Of a DNA stretch of 62,459 bases, positions 1 through 10,064 are shown piece by piece. The notes beneath the pieces were generated by a model that worked only from the letters and a program-made list of their open reading frames with translations, was not told the DNA's origin and ran no database searches. A program made the translations under genes and the position numbers. The stretch lies in IMG/VR virus record IMGVR_UViG_3300042549_003483, positions 1 to 62,459 of that record, one strand, 5' to 3'. The stretch's first letter is position 1, and every line of letters starts with the position of its first letter. The DNA comes from a virus (lineage: Duplodnaviria; Caudoviricetes).

Positions 1-199
1 TATCAACCACCGGAAGCGAGCAGTGGAAACTGTTTAAGAACGGCGCGGAATGGGATAGCGCAACAATTACGAGCGTCTATACGGGGGTCAATAGCGCGAT
101 AGGTTCGTTGAATGGAACTGGATCATTGTTTCCATTCGACGGCACTGTATCAGAATTGATTTCGTTACCCTCCGTCATCTCCACCACCGACCGCCAACT
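1..199. repeat. Terminal overlap, identical to 62261-62459 (circular assembly)
   Basis: 199-nt identity (tatcaaccac...ccgccaact) at both ends; falls inside one continuous ORF. Confidence 0.97.
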
Positions 200-287
200 T
201 CTTGAGGGCTACCTCGCCTGGAAGTGGGGGATTGAAGCCAGCCTTCCCACTGGGCACCCCTTCCGCAACACCCCACCAACGGTCTGA
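1..287 (+). CDS. 3' part of origin-spanning LamG/concanavalin A-like virion protein (starts at 61723)
   Basis: Frame continues across the overlap to ...LEGYLAWKWG...TPPTV, TGA at 285-287. Confidence 0.8.
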   Translation, partial: STTGSEQWKLFKNGAEWDSATITSVYTGVNSAIGSLNGTGSLFPFDGTVSELISLPSVISTTDRQLLEGYLAWKWGIEASLPTGHPFRNTPPTV

Positions 288-289
288 AC

Positions 290-643
290 ATGAAATACAG
301 AATCTTTCAGGCAAAGGCCGATGCTGAAAACGCAGCCCGAAAACTATACGCCGACGCTGTACGCACACGAGCGGATGAGTTTGATGGGGTGCTCGACGAC
401 TGGAACAATGGACGCGCCAAGGCTTCCGTCGATAATCTGCCCGAATCCCAAATTGACGGCGACAGATTCCCGCTTTATGGCAAGAATGCTGCCACGAGTG
501 AATGGGAAGCGGAGCATGGGCATACAAAGGCATGGGCCATTCCTGTGCAAATTACTGACGGCCGCTGGGTGTTCCAGAGCCCGGACGACGAGGGCGTCGA
601 GGCCGAGCCCGATTGGTGGCATGTCGCCGACCTGACGGAGTAG
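290..643 (+). CDS. Hypothetical protein, probable partner of the LamG-like protein
   Basis: 117 aa, starts 2 nt after the previous stop. Confidence 0.65.
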   Translation: MKYRIFQAKADAENAARKLYADAVRTRADEFDGVLDDWNNGRAKASVDNLPESQIDGDRFPLYGKNAATSEWEAEHGHTKAWAIPVQITDGRWVFQSPDDEGVEAEPDWWHVADLTE

Positions 644-647
644 AGCC

Positions 648-929
648 ATGCTCCTCACGCTGCTCAACACCGCCCGCGCCGACGCGGAGATCGCGGACAC
701 GACCGCGACTAAGCGTTTCCCATATAATGCTTCTATTGATAGAATAGAAGCAGGTGGCCCTTATAGCTTTGGCAACATCCAACTTGTTTGTCGGTGCCTA
801 AATTCTTGGAGGTCCGACACTCCGCTTGACGTCTTTGTAACTATTTGCAAAGCCATTGCTGAATTTCAGACCAAGAAAGAGAGAGAGGTAACTGATGGCT
901 CGCAATCGCGACTATCGATAGCGAAATGA
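648..929 (+). pseudogene. Chimeric ORF: short foreign N-terminus fused to an HNH endonuclease C-terminal remnant
   Basis: GC-rich MLLTLLNTARAD.. joined near 707 to AT-richer ASIDRIEAGGPYSFGNIQLVCRCLN, which resembles the SLDRI..GY..GNV motif of 34815-35291. Confidence 0.55.
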
Positions 930-1164
930 ATACAAAAACTACCAAGGATCACCAGAACAAATTGCCAGACGTTCAAGCCGTAACAAGGCACGTCGGGCAG
1001 CCTTAAAAGCTGGTGTTGTCACCAAAGGATCAAGTGCCGACATCGGACATAAAAATGGCAATCCTCTGGATAATCGCCCATCAAATCTTGAAGCAGTGCC
1101 CAAGTCCGTGAACCGATCTTATCCACGAACCAAGACGGCACGTAAGCGCAACCCAAAAGACTAA
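895..1164 (+). pseudogene. Small HNH-family protein with in-frame amber stop
   Basis: RBS gagagg; MARNRDYR*RNEYKNYQGSPEQIARRSSRNKARR..DIGHKNGNPLDNRPSNL..VNRS; TAG at 919-921; absent from the ORF track. Confidence 0.75.
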
Positions 1165-1877
1165 TGCAAAAGACAATTCAGAAAGACCTGCGGGGTGTGA
1201 AGGTTATGCTTTGCACCCCTGTAATGGATAAATTCACTGTTGAGTACGTTACCAGTCTCCTAAAGACTGTGCAAACAATGCTTCAATATGGGATTATTCT
1301 GACGCCCTTATTCAATGTTGGCGATAGTCTCGTTATGCGAAGCCGAAACAAGCTCGTTAGTTACTTTATGGACAGTGATAACGACTATTTGATGTTTATC
1401 GACTCTGATATCGGATGGGAACCAGAGGCAATCCTACGCCTGCTGGCCTTTGACAAAGATTTTTCCGGTGTCATGTACAGAAATCGGCATCAACACTACT
1501 CTCGATTTACGACAAACATCAAATTTCCAGTCAATCAGTGCCAAGATACAGGTCTTGTAGAGGCAAAACACATCGCCACAGGGTTCATGCTGCTGAAACG
1601 CAGCGTCATTGAAAAGCTTTTTGAAGCTCACCCTGAGCTAAAACTGACTGACGACAATGAAAATGACGCCGACCAGCACTACTACCGCCTGTTCGACACT
1701 GAACAGCGAGGTAACGTGATGTGGGGCGAGGATTTTACGTTCTGTAATCGATGGGTCGAAACAGGTGGAAGCATCTGGATCGACCCAAAGCCTAGTCTAA
1801 AGCACGTAGGTAAGACTTATTATGAGGGCAACTTTGAGGATGCCCTTAATGAAGCTATCAAGAAGGTAGAAAACTGA
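1164..1877 (+). CDS. Glycosyltransferase (GT-A/GT2-like)
   Basis: YLMFIDSDI (DxD), ATGFMLLKR, GEDFTFC motifs. Confidence 0.8.
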   Translation: MQKTIQKDLRGVKVMLCTPVMDKFTVEYVTSLLKTVQTMLQYGIILTPLFNVGDSLVMRSRNKLVSYFMDSDNDYLMFIDSDIGWEPEAILRLLAFDKDFSGVMYRNRHQHYSRFTTNIKFPVNQCQDTGLVEAKHIATGFMLLKRSVIEKLFEAHPELKLTDDNENDADQHYYRLFDTEQRGNVMWGEDFTFCNRWVETGGSIWIDPKPSLKHVGKTYYEGNFEDALNEAIKKVEN

Positions 1878-2134
1878 TGGCAAAATCGCCAGCATGGCAA
1901 CGATCTGAGGGAAAAGACCCTAAAGGTGGGCTGAACGCAAAGGGCAGGGCCAGCTACAACAAGGCCACTGGCGGTAATCTTAAGGCTCCTGCCCCAAATC
2001 CTAAGACCAAGAAGGATGCAGCAAGGCGTAAATCTTACTGCGCAAGGTCGGCTGGACAAGCAAAGATGTGGCCAAAGGCTGCCAAAGACCCAAATAGTCG
2101 TTTGAACAAAGCGCGGCGCGCATGGGACTGTTAA
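1877..2134 (+). CDS. Small basic phage protein (DUF6321-like)
   Basis: GGLNAKGRASYN..RRKSYCAR..DPNSRLNKARRAWDC. Confidence 0.65.
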   Translation: MAKSPAWQRSEGKDPKGGLNAKGRASYNKATGGNLKAPAPNPKTKKDAARRKSYCARSAGQAKMWPKAAKDPNSRLNKARRAWDC

Positions 2135-2535
2135 CTTGTACAAAATGTAAAGTGGAAAAGCCAGCAACCCCGGAGTTTTTCCCCTTACACAATAAAAAGC
2201 ACAACGGCCTAGACAGTTGGTGCCGACAATGCAGGTCTTCATATCGCAGTGAAATACGCCGAGGGCATTATAGGCATTCTACCTCCGATGACGATCTAAA
2301 AATTATGATCGCCTCACAGATTGAATGCATAATTTGTGGATCAGACGAAAAACTCGTCGTAGATCACTGCCATAAAACCGGGGAAGTTCGTGGTATGCTG
2401 TGCAATCACTGTAATCGCGGGCTTGGGCATTTTCGAGACGATCCGATGCTGCTAGAATTTGCGCAAGTATATTTAAAATACTTTGATTCAGAGCGGTCCA
2501 CTGATGCCAAAGAGTACTTAGAGAGGCATTGCTAA
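2122..2535 (+). CDS. Endonuclease VII-like HNH nuclease
   Basis: CxxC..LVVDHCHKTGEVRGMLCNHCNRGLGHFRDD. Confidence 0.85.
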   Translation: MGLLTCTKCKVEKPATPEFFPLHNKKHNGLDSWCRQCRSSYRSEIRRGHYRHSTSDDDLKIMIASQIECIICGSDEKLVVDHCHKTGEVRGMLCNHCNRGLGHFRDDPMLLEFAQVYLKYFDSERSTDAKEYLERHC

Positions 2536-2897
2536 TGAAACCGGAACTAACGAAGCAGCAGAAGACATTTATCCAGCTTTTGCTTGATGAGGAGCTTAAC
2601 GGCGACCCCAAACTGGCTGCTGAAATGGCTGGTTACTCAAAAGCAGACGTTACAACCATCCTAGCCGATCTAAAAGACGAGATTGTCGAGGCTGCACGGG
2701 CTAAAATCGCTGCTCACAGCGTAGAAGCCGCCCATAATCTTATCCTAGGTATGCGTAAACCTGCTGAACCGGGGCGTGAGACGGCGCTAAAGTACCTAAA
2801 TAGTGTCCTAGACCGTGCGGATGTGAAGCCAACAGACAAAATTGAAGTCAAAAGCACAGGTGGCTTATTTGTGCTTCCTGCGAAAGACCCAAATTAA
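2535..2897 (+). CDS. terS: Terminase small subunit (putative)
   Basis: LTKQQKTF..AAEMAGYS HTH, VLDRAD, GGLFVLPAK; upstream of terL. Confidence 0.7.
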   Translation: MKPELTKQQKTFIQLLLDEELNGDPKLAAEMAGYSKADVTTILADLKDEIVEAARAKIAAHSVEAAHNLILGMRKPAEPGRETALKYLNSVLDRADVKPTDKIEVKSTGGLFVLPAKDPN

Positions 2898-3334
2898 TGA
2901 TAAGTACGAGTAAACGGGGCCAAATTGCAGAGCATTTGTTTGTAGTATGGGCGCTTCGAAACAACTACGATGTATATGCGCCAGTTATCCAGAACCAAGA
3001 AGGGCATGACCTTATTGTTGACTTCAAAGATGGCAAAGGCTACAAAAAAATTCAAGTTAAGCTGGCATATATCAACGACACCGGCAATGGCAACGTGTAC
3101 TTGCAAGTCAAAAACGGCGGCAATAAGTCTAGGGGCAGCAAAGAATATACTTACCCTAAGGGCGCCTACGACTATTTAGCCGTTGTTCATATCGACTCGA
3201 ATAATATTTGGATATTTCCACAAGAAGATGTGATTGACCACAGGTGGTTGACGCATAGATATGATGATATACCAAGGCGCGCCAAAAATAAGGGCGTTGA
3301 CTGGAATAGATACCATGTAGGTGAACTGACCTAA
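2897..3334 (+). CDS. PD-(D/E)XK endonuclease (homing-endonuclease-like)
   Basis: GQIAE..HDLIVD..KIQVK..YDYLAVV. Confidence 0.75.
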   Translation: MISTSKRGQIAEHLFVVWALRNNYDVYAPVIQNQEGHDLIVDFKDGKGYKKIQVKLAYINDTGNGNVYLQVKNGGNKSRGSKEYTYPKGAYDYLAVVHIDSNNIWIFPQEDVIDHRWLTHRYDDIPRRAKNKGVDWNRYHVGELT

Positions 3335-3666
3335 TGGCTGTATTACGACTAAAATGGACGACACGAACCAAGAAAGGGAAGTATATTCCCTATGGTTGGG
3401 AGGTGTCAAAGTACGATCAGAAGCTTCTCATACCTCGTGATGACGTGCTAGAGAAGCTTTATGATGCTTATAAATACTGGAAATCGGGCGATTACTCGCA
3501 TCGCAAGCTGGCCGAATGGCTAAATTCGATGTTTTCTGAGTCCCATCGCCCGGTCCACTACAACGGCTTGCTGTTCATCCTCCGACGAACATTCGCCAAA
3601 GACTTGAAGCGATACCGTGTCAAACCAGAAACCGCCTCTGCCGACGCCGAAACCAAGTGTGCGTAA
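3334..3666 (+). CDS. Small DNA-binding protein (recombinase-domain-like HTH)
   Basis: IPYGW..YSHRKLAEWLN motif; immediately upstream of terL. Confidence 0.5.
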   Translation: MAVLRLKWTTRTKKGKYIPYGWEVSKYDQKLLIPRDDVLEKLYDAYKYWKSGDYSHRKLAEWLNSMFSESHRPVHYNGLLFILRRTFAKDLKRYRVKPETASADAETKCA

Positions 3667-5251
3667 AAAAGTCGCGCATGAGGAAAAGGCCAAAACACAG
3701 TTAAAAGAAAAACAGGCTAAGCTACGGGCTAACATTCGTAACGCCCGCAAACTAGCTGCCAAGTCAACGGCTGAACTTGATACCATCCTTGCTCAGCGTG
3801 GTGTTGTTGACAATAAGATCGGTGTCGTTACAGACGACATTATCTCAAAGCTGCCAATTGAACTGCGGGATACGGTCAAGGAAGAAGATATCATCTTTCG
3901 TCCTAACCCCGGCCCACAGACACAGTTCTTGGCGGCTACGGAGAAGGAAGTATTTTACGGCGGTGCCCGTGGTGGTGGGAAGTCCTACGCCATGCTGGCC
4001 GATCCGCTTCGCTACTGTGACAACAAGAATCACCGTGCGCTGATCCTGCGTCGTACGATGCCGGAACTTCGAGACATGATTGCCAAGTCACAGCAACTTT
4101 ACCCAAGGGCCATTCCCGGCGCTAAGTGGCGCGAACAGGAAAAGGAATGGAGATTTCCGTCCGGTGCCCGTATTGAATTTGGTTACTGCGAAACTGATGT
4201 AGATGCCTATAGGTATCTAGGCCAGTCGTACTCGTGGATTGGTGTAGACGAACTGCCGCTGTTCCCGACTCCCGACTTGTGGAACTTCCTGCGTTCTTCG
4301 CTTCGATCACCTGACCCCACGCTGCCAACGTTCATGCGCGCAACGGGGAACCCGGGATGTATTGGGTCGGCATGGGTTCGGGAGATGTTTATTGATCCTG
4401 CGCCACCCAATACCCGGTTCACTATTGACATTGAAGTTCCCACGCCAACTGGCGTCATTCACAGTTCGATAAGTCGTCGGTTCGTACCGGCTACCGTATT
4501 CGATAACCCTTATATGACGTACGATGCTAGCTACATCACGATGCTAGCCTCGCTACCAGAAATTCAACGACGTAACTTCCTATATGGTGATTGGGATGCG
4601 TTTGACAACGCAGCCTTCTCCGACTTTAAAAAGGAAGTACACGTCATTGAGCCGTTTGAAATTCCGCACGGTTGGCAGCGTTTTCGGGCTGCGGACTGGG
4701 GGTATACCAGTCCTGCTTGCTGTCTCTGGTTTGCAGTCGATTACGACAACAACCTTTACGCCTATAGAGAGTTGTACGCAAACAAGCTGACGGCCGACCG
4801 ATTTGCACAGCGTGTGCTGGAATTAGAAGAGGGTGAGTCAATTCGCTACGGTGTGCTCGACGCCTCGGCGTGGGCCAAGCGTGGTGAGGTAGGACCGTCT
4901 ATCGCAGAAACAATGATTGCGAATGGTTGCCGCTGGCGGCCATCTGACCGCAGTCCAAACAGTCGAAAGAGTGGCAAGCTGGAGCTACATCGCCGCTTGT
5001 CTCTAGATGAGGAAGGAAGGCCATCGCTGTTTATTTTTTCAAACTGCCGCAACCTAATCCGTACTCTTCCTAAGCTTCCGCTGGATAATAATGATCCGGA
5101 GGATGTTGATACCACGGCAGAAGATCATGCCTACGACGCATTGCGTTACGGTGTGACCAGTCGCCCCAAGTCAATTGAAATGCCGTGGGACATGTCGAAC
5201 CCGACGAGGCGACCGGGATATGATGTTGCTTGTGGGGTGTTTGGGTATTGA
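3617..5251 (+). CDS. terL: Terminase large subunit
   Basis: [10 protein letters not shown] Walker A, IGVDE Walker B, ATGNPG, AADWG and [10 protein letters not shown] nuclease motifs. Confidence 0.95.
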   Translation: MSNQKPPLPTPKPSVRKKVAHEEKAKTQLKEKQAKLRANIRNARKLAAKSTAELDTILAQRGVVDNKIGVVTDDIISKLPIELRDTVKEEDIIFRPNPGPQTQFLAATEKEVFYGGARGGGKSYAMLADPLRYCDNKNHRALILRRTMPELRDMIAKSQQLYPRAIPGAKWREQEKEWRFPSGARIEFGYCETDVDAYRYLGQSYSWIGVDELPLFPTPDLWNFLRSSLRSPDPTLPTFMRATGNPGCIGSAWVREMFIDPAPPNTRFTIDIEVPTPTGVIHSSISRRFVPATVFDNPYMTYDASYITMLASLPEIQRRNFLYGDWDAFDNAAFSDFKKEVHVIEPFEIPHGWQRFRAADWGYTSPACCLWFAVDYDNNLYAYRELYANKLTADRFAQRVLELEEGESIRYGVLDASAWAKRGEVGPSIAETMIANGCRWRPSDRSPNSRKSGKLELHRRLSLDEEGRPSLFIFSNCRNLIRTLPKLPLDNNDPEDVDTTAEDHAYDALRYGVTSRPKSIEMPWDMSNPTRRPGYDVACGVFGY

Positions 5252-5799
5252 TCACAAAACATTGTAAATGGTGTAATTGTGAAAAATCTATTGGGGACTT
5301 TCACAAGCACCCCGGAATGCGAGATGGCCGACTAAATAAGTGTAACACTTGCGTTGTATCTGCCGTCAGTGCATGGAGAAAAGCAAAGCCTAACGCACGA
5401 TGTAAAGAGCTTAAAAAATGCGCTGTACGCTATAGGACAGATGCCGACTATAGAAATAAGAAACTGGTGCAGTCTGCCGCATGGGCAGCTCTTAATAAGG
5501 AGCGCATAAGGCTAAAAGCTAAAGAGCGGTGGCACAAGCATCCAAGATACAAAGCCCGTAAAGTCGCATATCGGTTAGGTAAACGTCACGCAACACTACC
5601 AAACATAGGACCAGAAATGTTTAACAGGCCGTATGAGTACGCTGCTCTAATGACCGAATTAACGGGTCAGAAATGGCACGTTGATCATATTGTACCATTA
5701 AACGGCAAGAGCGTTTGCGGTTTGCATGTTCCGTGGAATTTGCGCGCAATTCCCGCAATTGATAACCTACGGAAACATAATCATTTTACTCCGCATTAA
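5248..5799 (+). CDS. Free-standing HNH homing endonuclease
   Basis: [22 protein letters not shown]; overlaps the terL stop. Confidence 0.88.
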   Translation: MITKHCKWCNCEKSIGDFHKHPGMRDGRLNKCNTCVVSAVSAWRKAKPNARCKELKKCAVRYRTDADYRNKKLVQSAAWAALNKERIRLKAKERWHKHPRYKARKVAYRLGKRHATLPNIGPEMFNRPYEYAALMTELTGQKWHVDHIVPLNGKSVCGLHVPWNLRAIPAIDNLRKHNHFTPH

Positions 5800-5816
5800 G
5801 GCGGTAAGGAGATACA

Positions 5817-6032
5817 ATGGCTACCAAGAATTTTAGCCCAACTGCTGACTACTCAAAGGTCAGCCCTGTTTATGAGAATGCAGCCAACAATGGCAAGGAG
5901 TCACTTGCCCTACTTGGTCAGGCTACATCAAAGGTCAGTGCTACCTACGAGAACGCTGCAAAGCGCGATGGTGGCAAGGGCGTTGATAAGGCTTTCTGGG
6001 CTTCTGCCAATACCAAAGTAACTGGTAACTAA
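5817..6032 (+). CDS. Small hypothetical protein with an internal repeat
   Basis: RBS aaggag; SKVSxxYENAA occurs twice. Confidence 0.65.
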   Translation: MATKNFSPTADYSKVSPVYENAANNGKESLALLGQATSKVSATYENAAKRDGGKGVDKAFWASANTKVTGN

Positions 6033-8173
6033 TGAACTCATTTCTTCCGACTGATGACGAGACTTCGGCACCAGCGGTAGACGTACAGGTAGCCTTGGAT
6101 GACGTTTCAAGCGTCGAAAAGGCTATCGTTACGCCGGAACGGACAGATATCGTTGCTTACATTGAGGAACGGTTCCGGCGTGCAGAAGATGCCCGACGCA
6201 ACGATGAAGATCGTTGGCTACGATCCTATCGTAACTTCCGTGGCATCTACGGACCAGACGTACAGTTTACCGACACAGAGAAGTCACGGGCATTTATCAA
6301 GATCACCAAAACAAAGGTCATGGCGGCTTACGGCCAGCTTATTGACGTTTTGTTTTCCGGTGGGAAATTTCCTATCAGCATTGAGCCTACTGAACTTCCA
6401 GAAGGAGTTGTCGAGCACGTATACGTAGACCCACGCGAACCTAAGTCTCAGCCGGAAGAAGCACCTGCCCCCATTGATCCATACGGCTTTGCCGGGGATG
6501 GTCGTGAGATTCCTGCTGGTGCCACGCTTACACAGCTACTAGGTCCGCTACAGGAGAAACTTAACGGCCTTGACGTTAAGGAAGGTGTTGGGCAGACACC
6601 ATCTGCAATTACATTCAGCCCTGCTCTCGTTGCAGCTAAGGCCATGGAAAAGAAAATCCATGACCAGCTAACAGAGTCTCAGGCTTCTGTCCATCTTCGT
6701 TCGTTTGCACTTGAAATGGCCCTGTTTGGGGCGGGCGTTATGAAGGGTCCGTTCGTGCATCAGCGCGAATACCCACAATGGGACGCAGAGGGTAACTACA
6801 CCCCTGTCCAGAAGCAGCGCCCACAAGTCGCACAGGTCCGTATCTGGGATGCGTACCCAGACCCTGAGGCCACGAGCATGTCCGATGCAGAGTACTTTAT
6901 TGAGCGCCATAAGCTGTCAAAGTCTCAGCTTCGTGAACTAAAGCGTCGTCCTTTTTTCCGCCGCAAGGCTATCGAAGCCCTCATTGAAACAGGCTACAAC
7001 TATAACAAGAAGTGGTGGGAAGACGATCTGACGGAGACTGAAACCGTCAACTTCCTAGAGCGATTTGAAGTTCTTGAGTATTGGGGCTACGTCGATACAG
7101 AGACAGCAGAAGAGGCTGGCCTAGAGATTCCATCTGAGTTCAAGGATATGGATCAGGTCCAGATCAACGCTTGGGTCAGTGGTAATCACATCCTCCGTCT
7201 CGTCTTTAATCCGTTTAAACCACAACGCATTCCGTATCTTGTATGTCCTTATGAGCATAATCCATACAGCTTCTTCGGTATCGGTGTAGCTGAGAATATG
7301 GAAGATACTCAGACGCTTATGAACGGCTTTATGCGGCTAGCTGTTGACAACGCTGTACTATCAGGAAACGTCGTCTTTGAGATTGACGAAACGAACCTAG
7401 TTCCGGGTCAGGATTTCAAACTGCATCCCGGTAAGATGTTCCGCCGACAAGGTGGTCAGCCGGGCACTTCGATCAACGCCATCAAGATTCCTAACATCAC
7501 GAATGAGTTGATGTTGATCTTTGACAAGGCACGAAACCTCGCTGACGAAGCCACGCTCCCATCTGTTACCCACGGGTCGCAGAATGCGGGCGGTGCAACC
7601 AGCCTACGTACGTCGTCTGGAATGTCTATGCTAATGGGCGCTGCTGGCGTTACCATTAAGACTGTTGTCAAGAACATTGATGATTACCTGCTACGGCCTC
7701 TAGGTGAAGCGTTTTTTGCCTTCAATATGCAGTTTGATTTCGATGAGAAAATCGTCGGTGATCTGGCCATCAAGGCACGCGGTACTGAAAGCCTGATGCA
7801 GAATGAGGTACGTAGTCAGCGGCTTATGACGCTGATGCAGGTTGGAACCAATCCAGCACTTGCACCGCTGATCAAGTGGCCGTACGTGCTTTCGGAAATT
7901 GCTAAGTCTCTGGACCTTGACGCTGAAAAGGTGTCGAACAATCCAGACGAGGCCATGCGACAAGCGCTTCTAATGCAGAGCATGGGTATGAACCCCCAAG
8001 GCGCTCCCCAAGAGGCTCCTGCTGGCGCAAACCCCATGGACCCGACAGGGGCAGGGGGCGGTAATCAAGGCACTGGCGGTGTTCCGCAAATGGGTGAGCC
8101 GGGTTTCACTGGCAATGACTTAGGTGGTGGTAATGGGCAAGGACCAAGCAGCGCGGCTCCTGCCGTTCGTTAA
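6032..8173 (+). CDS. Portal protein
   Basis: 713 aa after terL; podoviral portal-like segments (NFRGIYG, ITKTKV.AAYGQ, FFGIG..ENM.DTQ). Confidence 0.9.
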   Translation: MNSFLPTDDETSAPAVDVQVALDDVSSVEKAIVTPERTDIVAYIEERFRRAEDARRNDEDRWLRSYRNFRGIYGPDVQFTDTEKSRAFIKITKTKVMAAYGQLIDVLFSGGKFPISIEPTELPEGVVEHVYVDPREPKSQPEEAPAPIDPYGFAGDGREIPAGATLTQLLGPLQEKLNGLDVKEGVGQTPSAITFSPALVAAKAMEKKIHDQLTESQASVHLRSFALEMALFGAGVMKGPFVHQREYPQWDAEGNYTPVQKQRPQVAQVRIWDAYPDPEATSMSDAEYFIERHKLSKSQLRELKRRPFFRRKAIEALIETGYNYNKKWWEDDLTETETVNFLERFEVLEYWGYVDTETAEEAGLEIPSEFKDMDQVQINAWVSGNHILRLVFNPFKPQRIPYLVCPYEHNPYSFFGIGVAENMEDTQTLMNGFMRLAVDNAVLSGNVVFEIDETNLVPGQDFKLHPGKMFRRQGGQPGTSINAIKIPNITNELMLIFDKARNLADEATLPSVTHGSQNAGGATSLRTSSGMSMLMGAAGVTIKTVVKNIDDYLLRPLGEAFFAFNMQFDFDEKIVGDLAIKARGTESLMQNEVRSQRLMTLMQVGTNPALAPLIKWPYVLSEIAKSLDLDAEKVSNNPDEAMRQALLMQSMGMNPQGAPQEAPAGANPMDPTGAGGGNQGTGGVPQMGEPGFTGNDLGGGNGQGPSSAAPAVR

Positions 8174-8348
8174 CAACGAACTGTTTGATCGTTTCGTAGA
8201 GTTTATTGAAGATGAATATCAGCGCACGGGTACCCAACTGGACCGTGCGACTGAGGTTCGTGACATTCGTAATCTACAAGGCAAGCGTGAGTTACTTCGA
8301 TATCTCTCACGTTTGCGCGATCATGTAAACGATGCGTCACGGAGATAA
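8133..8348 (+). CDS. Small protein downstream of portal
   Basis: IRNLQGK..LL..L..LRDHV motif typical of post-portal small proteins. Confidence 0.6.
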   Translation: MGKDQAARLLPFVNNELFDRFVEFIEDEYQRTGTQLDRATEVRDIRNLQGKRELLRYLSRLRDHVNDASRR

Positions 8349-8349
8349 G

Positions 8350-9036
8350 ATGGAAGATTTAGATGCAATTGCTAATCGTCTCCCAGAGTTGCTGCAAGCC
8401 GCAACACTACAGGAACTAGAAGCACTTTATAAAGAGGCTATTGAAGCCGGGGAAGAGACTCAAGCTGGTATGGAACAGCTAATCCTCGCTGAAGTAGAGC
8501 GTCGAGGCGGGCCAGAAGCTTTCCTGCAAGAGCCGACTGCAGAGGAAGAGCCAGCCCCAGAACCAGCACCAGAGCCGGAACCTGCCCCTGCTGCACCTAG
8601 CTTCATGCAGATGCCGCAGCTACCACAAGACCCCAACCCACTGAGTGTTGGTCGGCAGATGGCAGCGGGCACACAGGCTGTGCCAAATACACCTGTCGAA
8701 GCCAATCAGATGCTTGGCGGTAAGCCAATGGGTTTTGCCGAGGGCGGTCTAATGGGCGAGCCGGTTGATATGGTGGAACAGGCCGATGGTGAAATGGAGG
8801 AAGTTCCTCCCGGCTCACTTCCTGACGAAGTTAAGGACGATGTTCCGGCTTTCCTAAGTGATGGTGAGTTTGTACTACCTGCTGATGTGGTTCGTTGGCA
8901 CGGACTAAAATCAATTTTACAGCTACGTTCTGAGGCGAAAGAGGGCATGGCCCAAATGCAAGCCGAAGGACAAATTCAGTCACCTTCGCAACAGGGTCTT
9001 ATGGGTTCTGAATACGAAGATGAAATGGACGACTGA
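8350..9036 (+). CDS. Acidic head-associated protein with FAEGG..LSDGEFV domain
   Basis: RBS ggag; FAEGGLM, DDVPAFLSDGEFVLPADVVRWHG. Confidence 0.7.
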   Translation: MEDLDAIANRLPELLQAATLQELEALYKEAIEAGEETQAGMEQLILAEVERRGGPEAFLQEPTAEEEPAPEPAPEPEPAPAAPSFMQMPQLPQDPNPLSVGRQMAAGTQAVPNTPVEANQMLGGKPMGFAEGGLMGEPVDMVEQADGEMEEVPPGSLPDEVKDDVPAFLSDGEFVLPADVVRWHGLKSILQLRSEAKEGMAQMQAEGQIQSPSQQGLMGSEYEDEMDD

Positions 9037-9142
9037 TACATCTGACATAGGGGGACATATGAGTGAAGTTATTAGACCTAATTCTTCTTGTGTGTCTTCC
9101 TATCGTACTAATTGTAATTCTTAACATCATACTTATACTTTA

Positions 9143-9166
9143 GGGCTACTCGCTGAGGCGACCCCC
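9143..9166 (+). promoter_or_regulatory. Leader hairpin with CUAC/CC internal loop before the scaffold RBS
   Basis: GGG[CTAC]TCGC-tgag-GCGA[CC]CCC. Confidence 0.5.
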
Positions 9167-9184
9167 ATAACAAGGAAAAGAATT

Positions 9185-10012
9185 TTGACCAATAAGACTG
9201 TAAAGCCAACTCCGTACAAGAACGCCTATCATCAGTTCCTAGATGACGATGATACGGTACAACCTGATGTAAAGGTTGATACGGCTACGGAGGAGGTAGA
9301 GACAGGCAATCCGCCAGCACAAGATACGACGGATTGGCAGAAGCGTTACTCTGATCTTCGGCGCTACAGCGACGAGCAGAACAAACTTCTGCGCAATGAG
9401 CTAAGCGATGTTCGACGCCAGCTAGGCGATGTAACCCGTACACAGGTTCAACTTCCGGCCACTGAGGAAGAGATTGACGAGTGGGCTAAGAGCTATCCTG
9501 AGGTGGCAAAAATTATCCAGACTCTTGCCATTCGTGAGGCTCGTAAGGTCGAGGAAGTTGCTCTAGGCCAAGTTGAAGACCTAAAGCGACAGCGGCGTGA
9601 GGCCGAGTTTGAGGCTGCTCAGTCTAAGCTGCTTACATACCACGCTGACGCCATGGACCTTCGCCGTGATCCCCGCTTTCACACGTGGGTCAAGGAGCAG
9701 CCCGCACTGCTTGTAAAGCCACTTTACGACACTGAAACGTTTGACGCCCGTGCTGTTGCACGAATCATCGACCTTTATAAGAAGGACGTTGGTCTTGACA
9801 AGCCACGTTCAAAGAAGAGCGACGATGCAGAGGCAGCCGGTGCTGTACGCGGTGCTCGTGGTGGCGAGCCGCCAACTGCTGACAAGAAGTTCCGCTTCTC
9901 AGAGTCACAGGTTAAGAAGATGAGCAACCGTGAATACGAGAAGTACTCCGACGATATTGATGATGCAATTCGTGACGGAACATTTCTTTACGATTTGACT
10001 CGCAAGGCTTAA
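9185..10012 (+). CDS. Capsid scaffolding protein
   Basis: WQKRYSDLRRY coiled coil; C-terminal SESQVKKMS.REYEK..DDI..AIRDG; lies between portal and MCP. Confidence 0.8.
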   Translation: MTNKTVKPTPYKNAYHQFLDDDDTVQPDVKVDTATEEVETGNPPAQDTTDWQKRYSDLRRYSDEQNKLLRNELSDVRRQLGDVTRTQVQLPATEEEIDEWAKSYPEVAKIIQTLAIREARKVEEVALGQVEDLKRQRREAEFEAAQSKLLTYHADAMDLRRDPRFHTWVKEQPALLVKPLYDTETFDARAVARIIDLYKKDVGLDKPRSKKSDDAEAAGAVRGARGGEPPTADKKFRFSESQVKKMSNREYEKYSDDIDDAIRDGTFLYDLTRKA

Positions 10013-10020
10013 AATAGTTC

Positions 10021-10050
10021 TTGACAAATTTATAAATTTGTGTACATAAT
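10021..10050 (+). promoter_or_regulatory. Sigma70-like promoter for the capsid operon
   Basis: TTGACA-N16-TACATAAT; overlaps the 18-bp palindrome ACAAATTTATAAATTTGT; near-copy at 58511. Confidence 0.7.
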
Positions 10051-10064
10051 GCTAACAGTTTACT

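Noticed and set aside
1-199. 199-bp terminal repeat as the biological direct terminal repeat
   Set aside because: It lies in the middle of a continuous CDS, as expected for an assembler overlap; true ends are more plausibly in 57-58.5 kb.
895-1164. Genome-wide amber (TAG) recoding
   Set aside because: Other genes are intact in the standard code, TAG ends the primase gene and gene 290-643, and there is no CUA suppressor tRNA.
3334-3666. Serine recombinase/integrase
   Set aside because: Only a 110-aa DNA-binding-like fragment; no catalytic resolvase domain and no att-like sites seen.
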